Source of the DNA: Dipteris shenzhenensis
Taxonomy: Eukaryota
NCBI GenBank assembly: GCA_047967505.1
Contig: CM106538.1
Reading direction: 5' to 3' (one strand)
DNA length: 64,000 bases
The notes beneath the pieces are model-generated. The model did not search any database, was not told where the DNA came from, and was given only the letters and a program-made list of their open reading frames with translations. Position numbers and translations under genes: made by a program. Below, one piece after another: positions 10,112 to 20,153 of the stretch (its first letter is position 1; every line of letters starts with the position of its first letter).

Positions 10112-10602
10112 TGTCATGTGCATGGTGTACCTAGGGTTGGATAGCAGGCTAACGTGGGTTACGGGATAGCATAGGGCTGGATGGCTATTTTTAGCCGAGA
10201 TTGCTGTATATAGAGATTGATTCATATATAGTGCTCGCTTTATATGGAGGGAGCTATTCATAGCATTGTGCTATCTATAGCGAGTTTCCTTCTATATAGA
10301 GGGAGGGCCAGTGCTATTGTGTAGATCAGTTGAGCGTTCCTCAACTGATGGATGGGACTTGGACCCAGGCCGAGACTCTGGCCATCTACATGGCGGATCA
10401 TAGGTGGTGTATTGAAGGTCTTTTGGACGGGCTCAAGTGGTATGGGACGCCTGGGTTAGATACGGGCCTATGGATGAGTCGAGCTGTAGCCCACGTGCTC
10501 GGGGGTGGTCGGGAGGATCGAGGCACCTATGCTATGATTCTGGTTGTATTGAGGACGAGATTCTAGGTCAGTGATAGGATCAGGTCCTGCGGGGTCGTGT
10601 CA
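10112..10602 (+). repeat. 5' LTR of a degraded chromovirus
   Basis: TGTCATGTGCA...GTGTCA followed by PBS TGGTATCAGA (10605-10614). TATA-like CTATATAGA at about 10292. Confidence 0.8.
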
Positions 10603-10934
10603 TCTGGTATCAGATCCGTCCTATCACGATTGAATTCAACGCGAGGTATGCAGAAAAGATGTCTTCCGGGTACGCTTTTTGAGATTGCTCTTGCAAATCT
10701 GAATTTTCACTCATGTATGGGCTGAATCGTTGGCTGATGATGTGCGCTCATGATTGGGAGAGTCGTGGAAGAAATAGAAGTCCATAGGCTATGTGCTCTC
10801 TCGGTTGCTATGTGTTTGGAAATCGTGATTCCCTGAGAAGGGTAGGTGATGAGAAGACTTGATGCTTTCAGCAAGAGATATGAGGATGGATGGTTTTTGA
10901 CCTATAACTTCCCATGCTTGGGTTGTTAATGTGA

Positions 10935-13225
10935 TTGGTTGTGTTTGTCAAAGAGGACAACCAATCAGTTCAGGAAGGCTCTACTCTTTCTGCTTTAGAT
11001 AGAGAAAGGGCTGCTTTTATTTCAGATTTTCAGGATTGTTTCTCAGATGCACTTCCTCAAGAATTACCTCCCAAGAGGACCAAGGATCATCAAATTGATA
11101 TAATTCCAAGAAGCTCACCGCCTAATATACCTCCCTATCGTGTCAGTAAGGCACAACAGGAAGAGATAATGTCACAAGTGAAGGAACTCTTACAGCCAAG
11201 TAATCCTCCTTACTGTTCCCCTGTGTTGCTTGTGCAAAAGAAGGATGGTAGTTGGAGAATGTGTATTGATTATAGGGCTTTGAATAAAGTCACAATTAAG
11301 AACCGTTTTCCAATTCCACGCATTGATGATATATTGGATTGGTTGAAAGATTCCTCAATGTTCAATCGTATTGACCGTAAAAGTGGATACCATCAGATAA
11401 GTATACGGCCTGAAGATGTCTACAAGACTACCTTTCGCACTTCATTTGGCTTATATGAGTTCCTTGTGATGCCTTTTGGTTTGACTAATGCACCTGCCAC
11501 TTTCAATAGAATGATGGACAGAATTTTTAGAGCACACAGAAAGTTTGTGGGCACTTTCTTTGATGACATCATTGTGTTTTCTAAAAATGAGCAGGAGCAC
11601 AAGAAACACCTCACTATTGTGTTTCAAGAGTTGAAAAGACACAAGCTGCTAATAAACACCAAGAAAAGTGAGTTCTTTATGCATGAGATTCATTTTCTTG
11701 GTCATATAGTGTCAAAGGATGGAGTCAAGATGGATCTTGCAAAAGTTGAGGCCATAAGGAGTTGGCCAATTTTGCATGAAGTTAGAAGCTTCCTTGGGTT
11801 GTGTTCATACTATCGGAGGTTTATAAAGTACTTTGCAGAAATTGCTTCTCCCTTGCATGCTTTACAGAAGAAAGCTGTACCGTTTCGGTGGGGACCAAAG
11901 GAAAATGCAGCTTTTGAAGAGCTGAAGCAAAAGTTGTATTCTGAATCCGTTATTATCAATCCAGATCTTGCAAAACCCTTTGCTGTAACTTGTGATGCAT
12001 GTGGGAGCAGCATAGGAGGCACTTTGATGCAGGATGGCAGAGTGGTTGCATATGAGAGTAGAGGTCTCAAAGATGCTGAATTGTACTTGCAAACATACGA
12101 GAAGGAAATGTTAGAAGTGATACATGCTTTGACCACATGCAAACATTACCTTCTTGGAGCTGATTTTTATGTGTAGACAGATCATCAGTCACTTGGATAT
12201 TTTCTCATGCAGAGAAAATTATTTGAAAAGCACATGAGATGGGCTAACTTCCTCTCAATGTTTCATTTTCAAATTGTACATGTGCCGGGTAACAAAAATG
12301 TGCAGACAGATCATCAGTCACTTGGATATTTTCTCATGGAGCTGATTTTTATGTGCAGACAAATCATCAGTCACTTGGATATTTTCTCATGCAGAGAAAA
12401 TTATTTGAAAAGCACATGAGATGGGCTAACTTCCTCTCAATGTTTCATTTTCAAATTGTACATGTGCCGGGTAACAAAAATGTCGTGGCTGGTGCACTTT
12501 CCAGGAAACCACAGCCTGAAGCAGTCTCCAAGAAACCCAGTGTTTTAGCAGTGAGCATTGCTTACAACAATGTGTTAGATGTGATGAAAGATCAGTATGT
12601 TAATGATGCTGATTTTTCAACTATTTATGATCAGCTTTCTGATGGTCAAAGGCATGATCACTATATGTTGAAAGAGGGTTTCATTTTGATGCATGGACGA
12701 CTCTGTGCCACTGATTAGATGCGACAGAAAGTCATAATGGAAAGTCATGCTCCTCCATATGCAGGACATAGGGGAATTACATTAACAATTACAGCAGTGG
12801 AACAATACTTTTATTGGCCATCTTTGAGGAAAGATGTGGAAGAATATGTGAGAACATGCATGGTTTGTCATGAAGTAAAGTTTGACAGGCAGAAGGCATC
12901 TGGGTTGTTACACCCTTTGCCAATTTCGGATAGACCATGGCAAAGCATAGCTATGGATTTTGTGTTTGATGAGGTGCAGCCTGAAGTGAAAGAACATGAT
13001 GAACTTCTGGTCCCAGAGTAGATTCTGACACACAGAGATAGAAAGCTCAAGGGTAAAGTTATCCGTCGCTACTTGGTAAAATTTCAAAATTACCCATCAC
13101 TTGATGCGAAATGGATGGAGGAAGGTGAACTAGCAGATTCACCTGGGATATTGCAGCTTTACCTTGATGCTTTCCAATTAGAGCCGACTGCGGTCTGGGC
13201 TCCTACAAGTAGTTCAGCAGAATGA
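10935..13225 (+). mobile_element. Degraded gypsy chromovirus pol: RT, RNase H, partial integrase, chromodomain (gag/protease and integrase core deleted)
   Basis: MCIDYRALN, MPFGLTNAPATF, FFDD and CDAC motifs; HAPPYAGH...CMVC; IAMDFVFD jumps straight to the chromodomain (ILTHRDRKLKGKVIRRYLVKFQNYPSLDAKW). In-frame stops; PPT GAGAGGGGGG at 13251-13260. Confidence 0.9.
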
Positions 13226-13260
13226 GTGTCTGGAGCATTACCTGGTGTTCGAGAGGGGGG

Positions 13261-14615
13261 TAGCACCTCCACTCCCTCAGTACAGACGGGCTTACCGTGA
13301 TTTCATGAGGTCACTTGATGACACTGTATGTTTCATCTAATAATGTGTAATTAAACGCAGCATGGTGCCTAGCACATAAGCGTAATTAATCCCTAGGCCC
13401 AAAGGCATTCCAAGGAATTAAAAGAGTGGTTGGGAAATGATGACATGGCATTTTTAATGGACCCCCTAGAGGGCCATGTACCTTCAGTGGCCCCCCTAGA
13501 GTTCTAGGTGGTTCTAGTGCCTTCTACATGCTTCTTTGCCATTCCTGGACTTTCTTGGGCCTTCTACACTTCACATGTGTGGTTTTCTCTCTCATCTTCT
13601 CCCTTTGTTGAGATTTTGGATTGGTTTTTCAGGCTCTTTCAGCTGAATTTCGTTTTTCTTCATAACTCAACTCGTTTGGATTCCTCGACTTCCGTTTGGC
13701 CCGATGGCTTCCCCTTTGCCTCCCCTTCGCAGTGATATGCTTTTCCCTCCATGCGTTTGGTAGAACGGGCAGAGCTGAGCAGTTCTTTTGCTAGTTGAAT
13801 TTGCAAAAGTGGCTTTTTTTGGACCTTTTTGCTTCTACAGCCTCCTGGGCCTCTCCTCTTGCAAAGCTACAACTTTCTATTGAATTTCGAGTGGTCCCAC
13901 ACGTTGCTTGACTGTTTTTTCTCAAATTTGGAGGACTTTCCGGCGATGAAACTTCTCCAAAACCTTCTTAATGCATTCCTCTCTGAAGCACGCTTCTTTT
14001 GAGCCCAAGAACTCCCACTTCTTCGCGATAGAAGTGCTTCTTTTCGCATTTTTCAGCGGAATTCTTGCTGGTTGGCTCTTGTAAATGCTCTTTCTTCATG
14101 CCTTTGCACTCCTCTTTGGTTGAGAATGCAATTGGGCATTGGCTACTATGTCCTCTTGGCGATTGAGGACTCCCTTCTAGTTTTCAGGGCTTGGTGAGTT
14201 GTGATTTTGCTGCTGCAATTTCTTTTTGCCATAAGCTATTGGTTGGCCTCGTGTGCTGCCTCTTTCTAGGTTCACAAGTGCCTAGGCAGTGCTACATGAG
14301 TCATTCTTTGGTTGGGTACTTTGCTGATTTTATTTTGGAGCTTTGAAAAGCTTTGTGAATGCCATCTGGAAACCACTCAAAGAGAGTGCAGCTGGGGTGC
14401 AGTGTGATTGCATTTGGACAGCCAATGGAATTGCACTTGGAAAAGAGAATGCCTTTGGATTGAGCCTATGGGCTCGAGCAAAGTGGGAGGTCTTGGGGGG
14501 AAGTAGCATACTGCAACGAATAAATCCCGACTATTTGTGTGTTGGACTTGGATCCATAGAAATCTGGAGCGTGTATCTCTCCGCTCTATTGAGATGGTCC
14601 CTAAAAGGGGGGACC
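13261..14615 (+). mobile_element. LTR-like/3' non-coding retroelement remnant
   Basis: Follows a PPT and shares CAAGGAATTAAA and GATGACAT..GGCA motifs with the intact element's LTR. Ends in a second purine tract AAAAGGGGGGA. Does not match the LTR at 10112. Confidence 0.4.
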
Positions 14616-16060
14616 TGTAAAGAATTGCTACTCCTCTTGATCCTCATACTCTCCTCGCCACATCTCTATAAGCAGACTCCCATGTGTACCCGCTGACTAC
14701 TAGTAGTGGGTGCTCTGACTCTGATGTGTCTCTGTATAAAAGACTATGTCACGACCTGTATAAGATTTCGTGAAGCTCCCTTGTTTTGACCATAAGGTAC
14801 CATTACAGTTCCAAATGGTGCAGGACATGTTCTCAGTAGCTGAGTCTCATAGACCCCGCCTCCCTATGTGGAAGGAGGTGTCATCCATCTTGAACTACCG
14901 CCCACTTCCAATCTTTGCGGGCTTGATCCCGTTGCTATATCAGAGTGTGCCTCTCCTCAACTTGTAAGGGGGTGAGATCCTCATCCATGGATATCGATGG
15001 CTGGTCCCATAAGACCGATCTATGGCGTAAGCTGAGAGTCGCGCCTGAGCATCATGGAAGCGTATATAAGGGAATGCTGTCGATTGGGGTCTCTCCCCAC
15101 CCGCCATGCCCTCTCAATCTTGTGCTCAGCTAACCCAAGAGTAGTGGCCACAAATGCAGTCGCATCGCTCATCGGTGTAGCCTTGGTGTGTGGAATGCCA
15201 CAGACTCTGATGTTGAGAGCCTTACTGGCTCTCTGCTACTGCTCCATGAAAGTGGCTGAAACGGTTGCCTTCGCAGGTTCCCGTTTGGCCACATCTACCC
15301 ATCTGGATGTCTCCTTGATTACAGATTGCATGCTTGCAATCTGTGCCTCGACCACTGGGGTACTCACTGGGGCTGCATGGATGGCTGCTGCGACCTCTTG
15401 TCAGAGCAGCAAGATGTCCTGTCTGAGCCCCTGGATGAGGCTAGCCTGCTCTTGAATGACGCGGACCTGCTCCTGTATGGCACGAGCCTGCTCCTGGGTG
15501 AAGCGGGCTTGCTTCTGTGCGAAGGGAGTCAACTCCACCTCGCATACATGAATGCTGTGTACCTCTATGACCAGAGACTCCTAGACATCTGGTGGTGGGT
15601 CAGCTAGTCCTCGCCCAAGTTGAAACTGAAAAGGCTGTAGTACAAACTCGGAGAATGGGGCAAGATGGTGGCCGGTGATTGGGCTAGCTGGGTGAGATAT
15701 GGGGATGACTGAAGCATGAATGGAATGATACCAGTTGAGGGTGGGAGAGATGGCTGGCTGAGAGGGAGAGGGGAAAGAAAAGTCGAGTAGTAGTGTGGGA
15801 CATTGTATGACACCTCTGATGTAGGTGACATAGGCAATGAAACGAGAGAGGGTGGAGATCTGTGTCGACCCCTTTGTTGCGGGAGAGGCGGAGGGAGTTG
15901 ATGTTGGACTTCCTGTCATGGGCATATCTATAGCTGAAGAAAAAAATGGAGTCGGTGTGACTGTAGATATGGCTATGGCTGAGACTGGAGCTGAAGCTGA
16001 AGCTGAGGTAGATCTCGTCTTATGAATATCCACTCTGAGTCCACTCAGCTGCAAATGTTC
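14616..16060 (-). mobile_element. 5' portion of a LINE (RTEX/L2-like): ORF1 pseudogene about 16054-14833 and start of ORF2 APE endonuclease 14828-14616
   Basis: Manual minus-strand translation through stops gives a Ser/Pro/Thr-rich N-terminus, a Q/E-rich coiled coil, then RASKALNIRVCGIP, IERAWRVGRD, ISMDEDLTPLQVEER and WKWAVV. It continues into MSCTIWNCNG...DIVFYTETH...GY...GVAILY (APE motifs). Confidence 0.8.
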
Positions 16061-16069
16061 AAAGGTTCA

Positions 16070-16650
16070 AGTACATGGTTGAACCTGAAAAAGGCAGCTA
16101 AAGTGATGACAAAAATGGACAACAAAGTGGTTGTTGTGACACTTTTGAAGGGTTAAAGACTCACATTCATGGGGTAGAGGTGAATTCATCCATTTGGCAC
16201 TTCGTAGGAGAGCCTTTTCTTTTGGCACTTATTTTCAGCTCTATTTCAGCAGGATGCCTATAAGTGGACTTGGCTTCGAACTTGGACAGGGTGCACTACA
16301 TAGAGTCCAGACCAGCTGAAGTGCAGCCTAGATGGGTTTATGTGGAAGGAGGTCATATGCCCATGGGTTCAGGGGGTCAGTCGGACATTGATGATGGCTT
16401 GCCAGAGTTGCACCATGCTTACATGACCCTACCATCCGATGTCATGGCTGATCTATCGTAGATTGTTTGGATAGGATAAGGTAAGATGATTGTGAACAAG
16501 TTTTCCAGTCTCATTCTGTGGCATGTATCCTTGCTAGCTAGGTTACTTCTTGTTTACTAGATGCCCTGGCTGATCATTTGGTGGATCTGTCTAATGGTGT
16601 AACCTGATTGTATATGGCTGTTATAAATGATACAAAGGGTAGGCATGACA
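16070..16650 (+). repeat. 3' part of another gypsy-type LTR
   Basis: TATA-like CCTATAAG at about 16257, short ORF 16264-16461, ends CATGACA. The 5' boundary is not resolved. Confidence 0.4.
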
Positions 16651-17385
16651 AGTTTACACACTAGGTCATAGGAATTGGTTGAGTTATGAGGACGATGTAA
16701 TAGATCTATAAAATGCTCTTTTGAATTTGATAAGAAACAATGGGTGCACTAACCTACAGCAGCCATAGCTTAATACTTGAAACTCCTTTTGTGAATTCAT
16801 CCTTGTTAGAAATAACCAGCAAGAGCACAACCAGCAAGAGCCACATGTAATAAGTGTAGAAGTTGTGTACAAGATGCCACAGGAAAGGTCAAGACTGAAG
16901 TCTAAGACCCCCACAACATAGATCCATGTATAGGTGGGTAACGGGTTCAAGTACAAATACAAGGTGCTGATATTCCATGATTCACGCTCCTCTGAGCTTC
17001 AGTTGTTGAAGGAACAAGGGGAGTAGACTCCCTATTTATATCTAGGGCATTCCCTGCTGTCAGCAAGGGTGCCACCTAGACCAACTTTGTTTGATCTAAA
17101 GTCCGACCACTAGGAGGTTGGCTATCTGCTGTACAGCTTAGACCTGAAAGATGCTGTGCGAATCATCCTTGCATGACTTTTCAGTGTGGCTAGTAGGGTG
17201 GGCTGTCTCTCTCCTCATCTCATGGAGTAAGCTATGGATGTCTCGAACCTCATAAAATCAGACAAGCTTGATCAATCATGCTTCTGAAGGTTTATGTTGA
17301 AACACCTCTATTCTATGAATCTCACTTTTGTAAAGCACATGTACCATATTGTTGCCAAATGATTATTTGATCTTTGTGTTTACAG

Positions 17386-17624
17386 GAACCCCAGCGATGA
17401 CTTCAAGGGGCTGCGTAGAATTTGACTTCGAGATGGTTGCAGAGTTTCTTCTAAGGGCATTGCATATAGCTATCAATTTACAGAAAGAGCATGGAAAGCA
17501 ACAGGACTTCCTCAAAGGCTTGCAAAACAACAAGGACGTCTATGATCTTAGACACACTATTGAAAAATTTGCCTCTACCTTTGAGATGCCAGGCTTTGAC
17601 GTATCAACCATGAAGTATAATTAG
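17386..17624 (+). CDS. SHMT: Terminal exon of serine hydroxymethyltransferase (cytosolic/nuclear SHM4-7 type)
   Basis: GTPAMTSRGCVEFDFEMVAEFL...QKEHGK...LQNNKD...EKFASTFEMPGF is the plant SHMT C-terminus. Acceptor TTTGTGTTTACAG precedes it, splitting the Gly codon in phase 1; stop TAG at 17622-17624. Confidence 0.92.
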
Positions 17625-18249
17625 TATAGAGTTTTGGCCAACATTTTCTGCACGGCCCTTACGGTTGTAAGACTACATGCCCACAAGTTGTAGCATTCAA
17701 GATTCTGTTGTAATATTATTCAAGCACTGCTTCATCTTGCGCTCTTTTTCCCCTCCCATGTCTAATGATGCTATTGTATTTTTGGTAGGGCATTTTTAGC
17801 ATACTACCAAGAAAAGTAGGCTATTTGCATATGTATATGATATGTAGTTCTGCACAGTTCTCAGCTGTGGTCCTTTACATTGTTATAATGGACTGAACAG
17901 GTATACTGAAAGTTACTGGAGTGGAAGAGTATGAAAGCTGGTTACAAGCCCTTATGTTGTATTGTAATTTATCAGAGATTCTGATGGATGATATTCAAGG
18001 AGATGCTGTAAATGTACTGTTTGAAAATTCTAAATATGGCTGTGTTTTTAAACTTCTATATATTCCTATATGTTTTGAATTTCTTTCTGCTCTAGTTCAT
18101 TTTTTTAAAATAGAGAAAATAACTTTATATTAATTCTTGAAAAACCAAACATACAAATGAGCAATCCGAAAGGTGCTGATTATGGGGAAAGAGAGAAGGA
18201 TTGGTTGTCAGGAAAAAACCAGCCTGTTTTCAAAGAACCCAACTCACAG

Positions 18250-20150
18250 CCCAGGTAATCTTTTGAATAGGGGCTAATAACTAGGGTGGAGGTCTATATA
18301 TCCAGTGAATCCTCGCTTAGCAAACACATAAAAAGTACGTGCAGGCCAAGCCTTGTAGAAACGCTCCTATCTTTTGGCAGTCGTCCAAGGTCCCAGGCTC
18401 TGAGATGGCGTGTAGGGTACTAAATGGCATCTTGCCAGATGGCGACGAGGGTAGTTGTTGGGGGAACGTTATGGCCTTCTATTACAAAACTGCAGTGGTC
18501 AACCTAGATGTTCTAGGCAATGATGCTAGACACCGTCTCCCAAACACTATCCTTTGGTGAAGACATGATGTTGGTAGGAAGGAGGCGTTGCATCTTGTGT
18601 CTCTTTCTTGAATACCCGTTGGCCTTGGATCTTGTAGAATGGAGAGGTTGGATCAATGGAGAAGGCATGAGCCCCTCCAAGTGAAGTCTCACTACGTGAT
18701 TTGTGTGTTGGCAACAATTTGAAGGGCATCTATCCAAATCCTTTGCACTACTGGGTAGCTCTAGAGAAAATGCGGAATCATCTCCAGAATTTGTATGTGC
18801 AACAGTGGCAACTACAATCTATCTGAAAGGGCCAATGGGCAAACCTCCATGCGCTACCATCCATAAGAAATTGGAGATCTTCTATGGCTTGTGGCCGTGG
18901 GTCTATAGACGTGAGTAAACATGGAGAACCTCTTGGGGAAGCTATTGCTCCACCTAATGACACGATCTTGAAAGGGTCCAGGCTATTTTCTCCGGTTTGA
19001 AACATCCATCTATGCGTGTCATGACAAGAAGCGAACCTCCTTTACCTTGTCGGAGTGCCCTACTTGTATGGGCCAAAACTACTCATTGCTCTAGTACAAA
19101 AGCTTGCAACTCACTCTCCAATACTTGGGCAATTTGTTGCTTTGCTGAAATATCAAAGCCCACTTGATAGCCTAAAGTATCTCGCTCACTTTGTGCCCGC
19201 GTGGAATCCATTAGAGGCCAAGTGCAACCTCCCAATCTTGGATCTCTTGAACATCCTTTGTCTCACTGTGAGGAAGCCAAGTAATTTGGTCTAGTTGATA
19301 TTGGCTCCCAAGGCCAAACAGTATATATCTAGGGCTCCCAAGATCCCCTCTAGGTGCTCTGTCCTGCCCTCCATAGAGTGTTCGTGTCGTCTGCGAACTA
19401 CTCCTTTTGACGAATTGAGAGCTGCAACCCAGTAAGGCGTGTTGCCTGAGAGAGTAGAAAGAGGGGAGGGCATGAAGAGAGGTAGAAAGGGAGGGGGGAA
19501 GGAATATCTAGTGGCATGGAGTGCAGATGGATGGGAGGGGTTGGGGGGAAGATGAGACAAGCTTTCCTATGTGTCTGTGTAGCCGTCTGAGTAGTCTGGG
19601 CCTCTAGTTTTTGTGGGTCTGTTGGGAGGGGTTTGAGGTTGATATAAGGGGGCTCTACTTTCTTGCTTTCCTTGTGAAGGGCGGTGAACTGATGCCTTGT
19701 CTATTGCCACTCATCGCCAAAGATGCACCATCTTATCGAGCTTTCTTTGCTCCACCCTAGTCCAACCCCCTCAAAGGGCTCCACCCATGGGGTTTGGGGC
19801 TCTTGCTATTGCCTGGGTGGGCACTGAGCTCTGTCCTCATGAAACTCCCATTGTTGCCCCTGATAAGGCCTCGAGGGGAGGGGGGCCTCATGCCCCTGTG
19901 GGACAAGCTTGTGCCAAATGGACATTGGTAACCATTTGTCGAAGCTCTCCACCATCAAGTGTCTCGAGGAAGATCTCATCCAATTTAGTCTTTAGGGTCT
20001 CAACCATCATCCTAAGGCATGGGACCACAATATCAAAATCATTTCTTCTGAGGTTGGTAGGGACCACTATGCTAATACGCAGATACTTCTTTAGGACCCC
20101 TAAGAGTGGAGCATCAGGAACACGACACAATGCATTGTGTCCATGTCATC
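18250..20150 (-). mobile_element. Highly degraded L1-type LINE (ORF1 remnant, RT remnant, ORF2 C-terminus)
   Basis: Minus strand FADDT at about 19400, LGALDIYCLALGANIN*TK and an RYLG-like stretch. Many stops, frameshifts and deletions. Confidence 0.6.
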
Positions 20151-20153
20151 TAT

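Noticed and set aside
14616-16650. Solo LTR starting TGTAAAG (14616) or TGTCACG (14747) and carrying a captured gene
   Set aside because: Both TG starts fall within LINE endonuclease coding sequence and no TSD was found.
17349-17385. N-terminal MLPNDYLIFVFT of the ORF-track SHMT peptide
   Set aside because: Intronic sequence upstream of the AG acceptor, with a non-ATG start.
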